Shown in pieces: positions 33,051-40,516 of a DNA stretch of 47,394 nucleotides. Within the stretch, counting starts at the first letter, position 1. Every line of letters starts with the position of its first letter. The translations under genes were made by a program, and so were the position numbers. Below the pieces are notes generated by a model that saw only the letters and a list, made by a program, of their open reading frames with translations, was not told the origin of the DNA and ran no database searches. Origin of the DNA: a virus; the IMG/VR virus record IMGVR_UViG_3300013830_000001, one strand, 5' to 3'.

Positions 33051-33506
33051 TCACGCTCTTCTGCTCCACCACTCCGGGTCTTTAAAATTTCTGTCTGCTT
33101 CCTCTAGGTAGTCGCACACCGTCTTTCCGTGCTGATAAGTGGGCGGGTGAGAGGCTAGCTTCATCCATCGCCTTTCTGCCTCGTCCCTTGGTCTGTGCCA
33201 CTCTGGCGGTGCTTTCTTTTCCTGCTTCTCCTGTTTGATCTTTAGATAGATTTCTCCGTTTTCCCCACGCCTCCCGTCGATGTCTCCGTGCTCATACAGC
33301 TCCCGGATGGCGGCATTTTGATCCTGGATTTTTATTTTTGCGTTTCTCTCACAGAGATAAGGGTCAAATTTTATAAAGCCGTCAAAGTCTTTTGAAATTT
33401 CAAACATCCGATCTGATCGGTACTTGATATGAGTTTTCATCTCGATTGCGTTGCCGGAAAGCCCTTTGCTTTTTTTCTCCATTAATGGAAAATTAAGGTT
33501 GTCCAT
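33051..33506 (-). CDS. Hypothetical replication-module protein
   Basis: 151 aa directly downstream of the initiator-like gene. Confidence 0.5.
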   Translation of the reverse strand: MDNLNFPLMEKKSKGLSGNAIEMKTHIKYRSDRMFEISKDFDGFIKFDPYLCERNAKIKIQDQNAAIRELYEHGDIDGRRGENGEIYLKIKQEKQEKKAPPEWHRPRDEAERRWMKLASHPPTYQHGKTVCDYLEEADRNFKDPEWWSRRA

Positions 33507-33977
33507 TTATTTCACCTCTTCTATTAATGGCAGAAAACTATAGTCATCATCCTCGCGCGAAATATTTAATAAACTATCCCGCGCCGCGCGCGCGTGACAT
33601 TCTTCTTTTCTTATATTTCTTTTATTTCTTTTATATAATGTATAGGGGCGGACGTCCCTCGTCCGACTTTGGACGTCCCTCGTCCGTTGGCGGACGTCCC
33701 TCGTCCGACTTTGGACGTCTCCCGTCCGTACAGAATATTTGGACACGCGTCCATGTTCTACTTCAATTAGCTCTAATTTCACTAGCTTTCTGATAGAGTC
33801 CTTTACTGTACTGCCAGGAATGTTTAGCCTTTTTCCAATCTCGACAGCCGACTGTGCAAGCGGCTCTCCGTGAATGTTTTGCTCGTTTAAGATGTGCCCA
33901 AAAACTATTTTGTCTTGTGGGGACAACTCATCCGAATAGTAAATTTCGACTGGGTATCTTACAAAGGCGTCCATCAT
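33507..33977 (-). CDS. Putative replication initiator (winged-helix) carrying the iteron array
   Basis: 156 aa; wHTH ..AVEIGKRLNIPGSTVKDSIRKLVKLELIEV..; its central heptapeptide repeats (DVQSRTR / DVRQRTR) are encoded by the 4 x 21-bp iterons. Confidence 0.55.
   Translation of the reverse strand: MMDAFVRYPVEIYYSDELSPQDKIVFGHILNEQNIHGEPLAQSAVEIGKRLNIPGSTVKDSIRKLVKLELIEVEHGRVSKYSVRTGDVQSRTRDVRQRTRDVQSRTRDVRPYTLYKRNKRNIRKEECHARAARDSLLNISREDDDYSFLPLIEEVK
33650..33733. repeat. 4 x 21-bp iterons (GGACGTCCCTCGTCCG + 5 nt), putative phage origin, flanked by a ~50-nt AT-rich tract at 33596-33645
   Basis: Four head-to-tail units, each starting with the palindrome GGACGTCC; the AT-rich stretch tcttttcttatatttcttttatttcttttatataatgtata lies immediately adjacent. 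Confidence 0.7.
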
Positions 33978-33986
33978 GTCACCCCC

Positions 33987-34208
33987 TTATCCGTCTATCC
34001 AGTACTCCGCAACTGTGGCATGTCCGTCGCGAGTTTGGACCTTGACCATCTTTGACCGGATCGCCCACCCGTCTTTTCGCAGATCGCATATCCTTGCGGC
34101 CAGCCTGGAGCATCCAAAAAGTGTGAGCGCGTCTAGCTGGGTGATCGAGTTTCCTTCTTCGAGATACTCAAGAATTGCATCTTTCTGCGACTTCTCAGCC
34201 ATCGTCAA
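33987..34208 (-). CDS. Small winged-helix DNA-binding protein
   Basis: 73 aa; ..ILEYLEEGNSITQLDALTLFGCSRLAARICDLRKDGW.. (HTH_39-like pattern). Confidence 0.6.
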   Translation of the reverse strand: MTMAEKSQKDAILEYLEEGNSITQLDALTLFGCSRLAARICDLRKDGWAIRSKMVKVQTRDGHATVAEYWIDG

Positions 34209-34458
34209 CGTCCTCCTCGATTTTTAGCTCGTCGATGCAGTCGCTGTAGTCGTCTGGTAGGAGGACTTTAAAGGCGTCCAGCACAAATATGCTGTCGAGA
34301 TCGTACCCGCTAGAGTAGTCCGACTTTTTTATTGCATACTTGATGGCGTTGACTAAAAGTTTCAGTGTCTTTGAATCTTCTACAAGCTCGTCGATTTGAC
34401 TGTGCAGAAGCTCAATTTTATCCGCGTACAATTTTATGATGTTGTCAAAATCTTCCAT
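34195..34458 (-). CDS. Hypothetical acidic protein
   Basis: 87 aa, AGGAGGAAAAA SD preceded by an 11-bp hairpin. Confidence 0.55.
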   Translation of the reverse strand: MEDFDNIIKLYADKIELLHSQIDELVEDSKTLKLLVNAIKYAIKKSDYSSGYDLDSIFVLDAFKVLLPDDYSDCIDELKIEEDVDDG

Positions 34459-34586
34459 TTTTCCTCCTAAAAGTTGTCATCTTGTAAAAAGTGAAAGTGA
34501 CAACTTTTTTTCTTTTCTTTTGGTGTATAATAGTAATTACTCTTTATTTTTGTTTGCTGTCTGCGGCTCCAACCGCAGGCGGCTTT

Positions 34587-34781
34587 TTATTTTTTTGCGA
34601 GCGTTGCCTCTCCGACGATGCCAGCCAGGACGACCACGCAAGACACAGCAAGCTGAACCATCAGCGACGCAATCGTTGCGTCCGTCGTGTCTGCTCGTCC
34701 TGCCGTGCCGAGGATGCCAAAGAGTCCGACCACGATAAGCGCGATGCACACGACGTGCACAATTTTCTGAGCTTTTGTCAT
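34587..34781 (-). CDS. Small two-TM membrane protein
   Basis: 64 aa; IVHVVCIALIVVGLFGILG and LMVQLAVSCVVVLAGIVG hydrophobic spans; locally GC-rich. Confidence 0.55.
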   Translation of the reverse strand: MTKAQKIVHVVCIALIVVGLFGILGTAGRADTTDATIASLMVQLAVSCVVVLAGIVGEATLAKK

Positions 34782-35119
34782 TTTTTCTTCCCTCCTTCAA
34801 AGGCGCTCACGCCTAACTTGTATGTGTCTCTTGCGTCTCCCAGCGTGCTCTCAAGCACTTTCTTCTCGCGCGGGTGGCAGTACGTCAAGTTCTCTCGCAA
34901 GTCCGCGATCCTGATGTCTAGCTTTTCAAGCTTGTCCCATTCTTTGGACACTATTCCGTGATCTGTCATGTAGGTCTCAAAGAAAGGAAGCTTTCCATCC
35001 TCCGAAATCTCTACGGTTTGAGTCGGGTTCTCTCTAACGATGTCCACGCTCATCCGAATGGCGTCCTCGCGCCGGAGCGTCCGCCTCGTTGCCATACCAT
35101 TGATGAATAAGTAGTACAT
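34778..35119 (-). CDS. Hypothetical protein
   Basis: 113 aa, ATGA-type coupling to the downstream ORF. Confidence 0.5.
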   Translation of the reverse strand: MYYLFINGMATRRTLRREDAIRMSVDIVRENPTQTVEISEDGKLPFFETYMTDHGIVSKEWDKLEKLDIRIADLRENLTYCHPREKKVLESTLGDARDTYKLGVSAFEGGKKK

Positions 35120-35126
35120 TTTTCTC

Positions 35127-35315
35127 CTAGTCTGTTAAATAATGGGCGACTTGGAGTTTTGAGTACTTGCCGCCCTTTTGATGCTTGATGTATCGACTAA
35201 CCGTGTCTGGAGACACGCCAAGAAATTCAGCGACCTCTTTGCGTGTCAGCGTCTCACGGCCCGGATAGGCCATGTCCAGCCGCTCCATTGCTTCCTTAAC
35301 GATGTCTTTCATCAA
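35127..35315 (-). CDS. HTH DNA-binding protein (excisionase/MerR-like HTH_17 type)
   Basis: 62 aa; ..LTRKEVAEFLGVSPDTVSRYIK.. Confidence 0.6.
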   Translation of the reverse strand: MMKDIVKEAMERLDMAYPGRETLTRKEVAEFLGVSPDTVSRYIKHQKGGKYSKLQVAHYLTD

Positions 35316-35323
35316 ATTAATCC

Positions 35324-36103
35324 TTATGATAAAAATTTGTTGATAAAGTACTGCTGACCCTTTCCAGTCACCTTTGTGGTCTTGACTGTCCGCACAGAAC
35401 CGTCTGGGTTGTCGATCGTGCGCTCTTTGATCTCAAAAAGCCCTAAGTCCATAGACTTTTGCGTCGGGATGTTTCGCATGCTCCCACGTGAGCACAAGTA
35501 GCCCTGCTGTCTAAGCTCTTCAAAGAGCCGGTTCTGGCCGATTTCGTATCCGTTCTGGCGCAGGATTTTAGCAAGCTCACCGATCAAAATTGATGTGTCA
35601 GAAGCATTGACCGCATCCGCAAATCTCGCTTTTGGCTCAAGCTCTCTGATGTGGTCGTCTTTCTGCTTGATCTGTCTTTCCTTGTCGTCAATGATCTTCT
35701 GCGCGGCGACAAGTGCCTTAGCAATAAGCTGTTCGGCGCTCATGTTTTCCTGGCCATTGATGTATGCGCCGTTTTTGCGAATAGACGGAAGCACCTCGGC
35801 AGTGACCCATCGTTTGAACTCTTTCGCCCCCGGAAGTTTGGAGCTCAGGATTAAAGAGTAAAGACCCGACTCATTAATAACGGTCATCCCTCTCGGAGTT
35901 TCAAAACTGTCGTTTTGGCAGTTTTGCTTGTCCTCATCATCTACGTGCTTTTTTAAAGCTCCATAGCTGTCTGAATACCCGAGGATTTCCGCCACGTCTT
36001 TCCCGACAAACCACGGCTCGCCGTGCTCGTCTGTCATCGTGCGAACACTTCCGAATTTTTTATTTGTGTAAGTGCTGATTTTTGTCATTGCTACCTCCTG
36101 CAT
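35324..36103 (-). CDS. Antirepressor (Bro-N / KilAC-type)
   Basis: ..FGSVRTMTDEHGEPWFVGKDVAEILGY.. (Bro-N) plus a KilAC-like C-terminus. The likely true start is the ATG at 36088, preceded by AGGAGG. Confidence 0.8.
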   Translation of the reverse strand: MQEVAMTKISTYTNKKFGSVRTMTDEHGEPWFVGKDVAEILGYSDSYGALKKHVDDEDKQNCQNDSFETPRGMTVINESGLYSLILSSKLPGAKEFKRWVTAEVLPSIRKNGAYINGQENMSAEQLIAKALVAAQKIIDDKERQIKQKDDHIRELEPKARFADAVNASDTSILIGELAKILRQNGYEIGQNRLFEELRQQGYLCSRGSMRNIPTQKSMDLGLFEIKERTIDNPDGSVRTVKTTKVTGKGQQYFINKFLS

Positions 36104-36117
36104 TTAGGATTTCCTAA
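36104..36117. promoter_or_regulatory. Palindromic operator candidate TTAGGAttTCCTAA
   Basis: Lies between the cro-like stop and the antirepressor SD. TTAGGA half-sites recur inside the cro promoter spacer (about 36388-36397) and near 36165. Confidence 0.35.
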
Positions 36118-36118
36118 G

Positions 36119-36325
36119 TCAATGTGCAAAAAAATATGCTTTGAACTCTCGCGCCGGTATATTTAGGATTTTCGCAATTTCTTCTATCTCCGACGGTTTA
36201 AATTCGTTTTTGCCGTTCATTTTCAAGTAAATTGCATTCTCAGAAATACCTATTTTGCGCGAAATGCTTGCTGGCGTCTCGCCTTGCTCCGCCATTCTCC
36301 CGCGCAGCTTTGAAAAGTCGTACAA
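36119..36325 (-). CDS. Cro-like XRE-family HTH regulator
   Basis: 68 aa; ..TPASISRKIGISENAIYLKMNG..; TTG start with a GAGGGGG SD; divergent from the repressor gene. Confidence 0.75.
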   Translation of the reverse strand: MYDFSKLRGRMAEQGETPASISRKIGISENAIYLKMNGKNEFKPSEIEEIAKILNIPAREFKAYFFAH

Positions 36326-36374
36326 ATTTCAGCCCCCTCTCTGTTGGTGTCTGTGCATTTCTTTCTGCATCTTT

Positions 36375-36403
36375 ATAATACACTTGCGATATCCTAATGT
36401 CAA
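36375..36403 (-). promoter_or_regulatory. Early lytic promoter (TTGACA-17-TATTAT)
   Basis: Minus strand aTTGACAttaggatatcgcaagtgTATTATaaag, upstream of the cro-like gene. Confidence 0.75.
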
Positions 36404-36479
36404 TTACTTTTTTGGGAAAATCACAACTTTTTTGTTTATTTTTTGCTCGCATTTTGATAGTATAAACGTATAGAGAGAG

Positions 36480-36863
36480 GTGACCATCATGGATAAAAAA
36501 GTATCTACGATTTCGCAAAGATTAAAGGATGCACTTGAAATCAGGCACATGACAGCCGCAGAGCTTTCGCGCTTAACTGGCGTCAAAGAGTCGGACCTGT
36601 CTCACTACAAAAAAGGCGACTACGAGCCAGCTTCTAGAAATCTCGAAAAGATGGCCGACGCCCTCCATGTTTCTATCCCGTGGCTGATGGGCTACGAGGT
36701 GGAAATGGAAGAGCAAACCGATAGCAAAGACGAATTTAGACAAGAGATGTTCGACGAGGACAACGTTCTTTTTGACTATACTCACCTGTCTGATGAGAGT
36801 AAAAAGACAGTCCGCAGCATCATCAACGCCTTAAAGGCACAGGAAAATAACAACAATCCTTAA
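36480..36863 (+). CDS. CI/ImmR-like XRE-family repressor
   Basis: ..ISQRLKDALEIRHMTAAELSRLTGVKESDLSHYKKG.. HTH plus a C-terminal tail; the ATG at 36489 (SD GAGAGGTGA) is the likely start. Confidence 0.8.
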   Translation: MTIMDKKVSTISQRLKDALEIRHMTAAELSRLTGVKESDLSHYKKGDYEPASRNLEKMADALHVSIPWLMGYEVEMEEQTDSKDEFRQEMFDEDNVLFDYTHLSDESKKTVRSIINALKAQENNNNP

Positions 36864-36942
36864 TGTTTGATAAACACAGGCGACTAAGTCCATTTAATAG
36901 GACTAGAAAATATTGACCTGAACATTTGTTCCCTGCTATTCT

Positions 36943-37236
36943 TTGGGCGAGGTGGGGGATAATATGATTTTTGTAAGAGAGGCAGACCTGCCGGGGGATT
37001 GTCGCGGTTTCACAATGGTAGACGCTGATAAAAACTACAATGTGTATTTAAACAGTCGCCTGGATGATCGCGTAAAAAAAGCCACCCTAGAGCATGAGTT
37101 AAGTCATGTCAAGGGCGGTGATTTTTGTCGGTCTGGAAGCGTGGACGCGGTCGAGGCGATCAACTCCGGGCGATGTCTCAATGACTTAGAAGCCGAGGGG
37201 GAAATTGTTTACCTCGGTTTTTGCGACATTAAATAA
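36943..37236 (+). CDS. ImmA/IrrE-like zinc metalloprotease (short)
   Basis: HEXXH motif LEHELSHV; sits between the repressor and integrase genes as in ICEBs1 immR-immA-int; the ATG at 36964 is the likely start. Confidence 0.6.
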   Translation: MGEVGDNMIFVREADLPGDCRGFTMVDADKNYNVYLNSRLDDRVKKATLEHELSHVKGGDFCRSGSVDAVEAINSGRCLNDLEAEGEIVYLGFCDIK

Positions 37237-37320
37237 TTGGCTGTGCGCCAGTCTGGCGGATTTTTGCTTTAAGTCTGATAACTTATAGGCGATAGACAAA
37301 AAGGCCGCACGCGGGCACGT

Positions 37321-38448
37321 ATGCAAAATTTGCCGTATCTCCTGCCACAAAAAGAAAGGAGATTTAAAGCCATGAAAAAAAGAAAAGACGGACGCTATCA
37401 AAAAAAGGTAGTTGTCCAAAGAAACGGACAGGCCTATATCAAGTGGGTCTACGGAAAAACCCGCGCGGATGTACAGCGCAAGGAGGACGATTTTAAAGCA
37501 GAGATCGATAGCATGGCTGTGCCGACTGTGAGCCAGCTAGTCGAGAAGTATCACGATCCGTGCTTCCAGCGCTATAGCTATCTAACAGCAATGCACTACG
37601 ATGATATTTTAAAAGCATGGTGCGAGCGGTGCGGACTGGAAAACGCCAGGATCACCGACGTCCGAGCCAAAGACGTCATGCAGTATGTACAGGAGCTAGC
37701 TGACCAAGGAATGGCAAGCTCATCAATCCACAATGTCATAACAGCCATCCGCAACATCTACAATTTTGCGGCGGTTGAGTACGACAACATGCAAATCGGA
37801 AACCCCGCCGTGACCGTGCTTGTTCCAGTTAACGCGAAACCAGCAAAGAAGGTGCCACCGCCAAGCAAAGAGGACTTGCAGAACGTCGTCAACGGCGTTG
37901 GCCTCCAATTTGGGCTCTTTGCCTATCTCATGCTGTACTCTGGCCTGAGGAGGAGCGAGGCGCTTGCCCTCAAATGGGAGGACTGTTATGACGGCTACAT
38001 CCATGTCCGGCACTCGATCATCTTTGACCGCCATGGTGCGGCCGTAGATCGTCCTTATGCAAAGACCGCCGCTGGTATCAGAGATGTGCCAATCTTTCCG
38101 CCTTTGCAACCTTATCTCAAGCACGGCAAGCGGAAGAAAGGGTACATCTTTAGCCACGACGGTAAGCCTTTAAAAGAAACTTGGTACAACTCCGCGTGGG
38201 ACAAGTACAGACTAGAAGCACACGTAAGCTGTACACCGCACCAACTCCGGCATGCCTTTTGCACGACGTGTTACGAATCAGGAGTCGATGCTAAAGTGTG
38301 CGCCGCATGGATGGGACACGCAAGCATCACGACTACGCTAAACATCTACACGTCCATCTCACTAGAGCAGGAAAAAGAGGAGTCGGAGAAAATGGTAGAG
38401 CTGTACAAAAAACAGGGGCTGACTAACTTTTACCAAAACTCTGACTAA
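37321..38448 (+). CDS. int: Tyrosine integrase
   Basis: ..LYSGLRRSEALALKWED.., ..TPHQLRHAFCTTCYESGVD..WMGHASITTTLNIYTS (R..HxxR..Y). The likely start is the ATG at 37372 after AAAGGAGA. Confidence 0.9.
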   Translation: MQNLPYLLPQKERRFKAMKKRKDGRYQKKVVVQRNGQAYIKWVYGKTRADVQRKEDDFKAEIDSMAVPTVSQLVEKYHDPCFQRYSYLTAMHYDDILKAWCERCGLENARITDVRAKDVMQYVQELADQGMASSSIHNVITAIRNIYNFAAVEYDNMQIGNPAVTVLVPVNAKPAKKVPPPSKEDLQNVVNGVGLQFGLFAYLMLYSGLRRSEALALKWEDCYDGYIHVRHSIIFDRHGAAVDRPYAKTAAGIRDVPIFPPLQPYLKHGKRKKGYIFSHDGKPLKETWYNSAWDKYRLEAHVSCTPHQLRHAFCTTCYESGVDAKVCAAWMGHASITTTLNIYTSISLEQEKEESEKMVELYKKQGLTNFYQNSD

Positions 38449-38646
38449 TAATTTGACTAATGTCTTTTAGTTTTTGCTAGTTTTTTGGCGGCTATCAGCG
38501 TGCAGAAAAACTATAGTTTTTGGCCATCTTATGCCAAAAATGGCCATACTACAGCAAACTGCACGAAGTAGGACTTTTGTAGCAAACGTATTAAGTTAGT
38601 TGCGTAGGTATACCAAAAATTATATATCTGACTAAATTTTGACTAA
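38420..38646. repeat. attP region with five direct TGACTAA arm-type repeats
   Basis: TGACTAA at 38420, 38442, 38454, 38629 and 38640. Two composite units TACCAAAA..CTGACTAA..TTGACTAA lie at 38431-38460 and 38610-38646, flanking about 150 nt. Confidence 0.5.
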
Positions 38647-38684
38647 ATTTGTGGCAGGAAATATAGCCCCCGTGGACATGCTGA

Positions 38685-38720
38685 CAAAGCAAAAGGCCCC
38701 GCTCGTAAAGAGCAGGGCCT
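38685..38720 (-). terminator. Second terminator after the late operon (partly bidirectional)
   Basis: AGGCCCCGCTC-GTAAA-GAGCAGGGCCT; on the minus strand it is followed by TTTTGCTTTG. Confidence 0.55.
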
Positions 38721-38729
38721 TTCTACATA

Positions 38730-38763
38730 CAAAAAGATCCCCCTACTCAGACGGTAGGGGGAT
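38730..38763 (-). terminator. Intrinsic terminator ending the late operon
   Basis: Minus strand ATCCCCCTAC-7 nt-GTAGGGGGAT followed by CTTTTTGTAT, 8 nt after the last stop codon. Confidence 0.8.
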
Positions 38764-38770
38764 AAGTGTG

Positions 38771-39040
38771 TCAGTTTTTCATTTTTTCTTCGCAACTTTT
38801 CACTCGTTGCTCTAGCACGCTAATTTTTTCCTCAGCGCTGTAAACTCGTTTTGTGAGGTCGTTCATCTCTTCCAGTTTGTCCTCAATCCTGCTCAAGTCC
38901 TTTTTTAGGTCTGCAAGTTGCGCCTTGAGCAGTGCATCTTGAACCTTGGCATTTGAACGGTTGCTTACGACGACTGTGATTATCGTTGCAATCGCGGAAA
39001 TCAGTGGAACGACCAGCGCGACGATGCTAGCCTCGTGCAT
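38771..39040 (-). CDS. Small N-terminal-TM, coiled-coil protein (BhlA/UviB- or XhlA-like lysis accessory?)
   Basis: 89 aa; TM IVALVVPLISAIATIITVVV, then a heptad-rich tail; last gene after the holin. Confidence 0.4.
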   Translation of the reverse strand: MHEASIVALVVPLISAIATIITVVVSNRSNAKVQDALLKAQLADLKKDLSRIEDKLEEMNDLTKRVYSAEEKISVLEQRVKSCEEKMKN

Positions 39041-39046
39041 TAGTCA

Positions 39047-39346
39047 TCAGTCCTTCGCCTTAGAGTCATTTGCCTTTTCCTCGCGCTTGAGGTCTTTTCT
39101 GTAAGCCTCTGCCTTGCGTGCGCTCTTGGTGAAGGCGTTGTTCTCCCACCAGTTCCAGAGCGGTACGATGACCGTCAGGATCGCTGTGACGGCCTCGTAA
39201 ACGCCGTTCTCCGTGAATGGAATTTTATCCTTTCCGGAAATTGCAAGGATAGTGTTGACAATGGTCAGCGCAAGTACAACAGTGCGGGTGACGGTTTTCG
39301 CGTCGATCTTCTCAGGGTCAAAGCCCTGTGCTTTTTTCTCGTCCAT
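39047..39346 (-). CDS. Holin (two TM; phi11/phiLC3-type, Phage_holin_1-like)
   Basis: 99 aa; ..IDAKTVTRTVVLALTIVNTILAISGKDKIPFTE..AILTVIVPLWNWWENNAFTKSA.. is collinear with staphylococcal phage holins; charged C-terminus. Confidence 0.8.
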   Translation of the reverse strand: MDEKKAQGFDPEKIDAKTVTRTVVLALTIVNTILAISGKDKIPFTENGVYEAVTAILTVIVPLWNWWENNAFTKSARKAEAYRKDLKREEKANDSKAKD

Positions 39347-39358
39347 GTTTTCACCTCC

Positions 39359-39847
39359 TTAAGCAGTCCTGTACCATGCGATGCATGCAATATATGGTGG
39401 CTCAAAGTGCATCTCTTTCGGAGAGCTCGAACCATAACTAGATGTTGTGTAGTCCAAAGAGCCGTTTATTTTTACGCCGTTCGCCACGCCAGAGCGAGTC
39501 CCGCCGTCGCCGCTTGGCCCGGTCACAGTTGCTGTGTGCGTGTGAGCGGGGAGATTGTCCACAGTCAGCTCGTGCCATGAGTCGGCATTGACGAACTTGT
39601 TCACATAGCTTTGTGTTGATTCATCCAGCATGCGCGGATAAAAGCCACCGTCGCCAGAAGATTTAGGGCGGCACTTTACCCACTCGCCGCCTATGACGGT
39701 GTTCGGGTCGTAAGAGCTGTCTGTGGAAAAGAGCACAGTTCCGACTGGGTAGGCTTCCAGTCTCTTCGCGTTGGCTATCTTTTTCAGTTCTTTAATGATT
39801 TCCTCGCACCCGACTTTGTCAAGCATCTTCATGCGGTGCGCCTCCAT
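39359..39847 (-). CDS. Fibre-tip-like protein with an HxH motif, paralog 2
   Basis: ..YPVGTVLFSTDSSYDPNTVIGGEW.., ..LTVDNLPAHTHTATVTG.., C-terminus ..IAWYRTA. The likely start is the ATG at 39832, overlapping the upstream stop (ATGA). Confidence 0.55.
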   Translation of the reverse strand: MEAHRMKMLDKVGCEEIIKELKKIANAKRLEAYPVGTVLFSTDSSYDPNTVIGGEWVKCRPKSSGDGGFYPRMLDESTQSYVNKFVNADSWHELTVDNLPAHTHTATVTGPSGDGGTRSGVANGVKINGSLDYTTSSYGSSSPKEMHFEPPYIACIAWYRTA

Positions 39848-40266
39848 CCGACGACGCCAAAGTATGACGGAATGATCGAGAAAGGTTTACCGCCACCTGT
39901 TGAAGTGGTCTTTACGGTCATACTTCCTTTCTTGGTGGCACACGTGTAGCCTAAAGCAGAGTAGGCAAGGTACTCAGACTGCCATCCGTCAATTGACACC
40001 GTATGCTTGTGTGCTGGCATCTCATCAACTGTCAGCGTATGCCGGTCAGAGCCCCCGGTGCTTCCGGCTGGGTACTTGTCACCGGCCAGAATGATGTACC
40101 TGTTTTCAATGCGCTCCCACGTTCCACCGAACTTCTTAGCCGGGTCAAAAGTTGTGTCAACAGTGAAATACATCGAGCCGACAGGATGAGGGTCTACGGC
40201 TTCATCAATGTACTTTTTCAGCTTGTCAATAAGCTCTTTCGTCCCAGTCTCGTCTAAGTACTCCAC
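39829..40266 (-). CDS. Fibre-tip-like protein with an HxH motif, paralog 1
   Basis: 145 aa; MEYLDETGTKELIDKLKKYI, ..HPVGSMYFTVDTTFDPAKKFGGTWERI.., ..LTVDEMPAHKHTVSIDG.., C-terminus ..VVGWRRTA. Confidence 0.55.
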   Translation of the reverse strand: MEYLDETGTKELIDKLKKYIDEAVDPHPVGSMYFTVDTTFDPAKKFGGTWERIENRYIILAGDKYPAGSTGGSDRHTLTVDEMPAHKHTVSIDGWQSEYLAYSALGYTCATKKGSMTVKTTSTGGGKPFSIIPSYFGVVGWRRTA

Positions 40267-40270
40267 GAAG

Positions 40271-40516
40271 TCACCCCCACTGCAGTCTTTCTACTAATTT
40301 TTTGCCAACTATCCCCGTGTCGTCCTCTCCTAGGCTTCTCTGGTACGCTCTAACAGCCTTGTCAGTCTTGCAACCATATATTCCATCTATACGGCCAATG
40401 TACACTCCGAGTCGTTGCAACTCATACTGAAGCCACTTGACAGACTCTAAAGGGAGCGTGTGATACTGCCGCACTACTCCAGCTTTCGGGACGGTGTACG
40501 GGTTAAGTGAAATCAT
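40271..40516 (-). CDS. Stand-alone peptidoglycan-binding domain protein (PG_binding_1-like)
   Basis: 81 aa; ..LQRLGVYIGRIDGIYGCKTDKAVRAYQRSLGEDDTGIVGKKLVERL..; overlaps the CHAP ORF by 14 nt in another frame. Confidence 0.7.
   Translation of the reverse strand: MISLNPYTVPKAGVVRQYHTLPLESVKWLQYELQRLGVYIGRIDGIYGCKTDKAVRAYQRSLGEDDTGIVGKKLVERLQWG

Noticed and set aside
37186-38157. Minus-strand ORFs 37186-37419 and 37723-38157 inside or next to the integrase gene
   Set aside because: They are antisense to a motif-supported tyrosine recombinase and have no translation signals.
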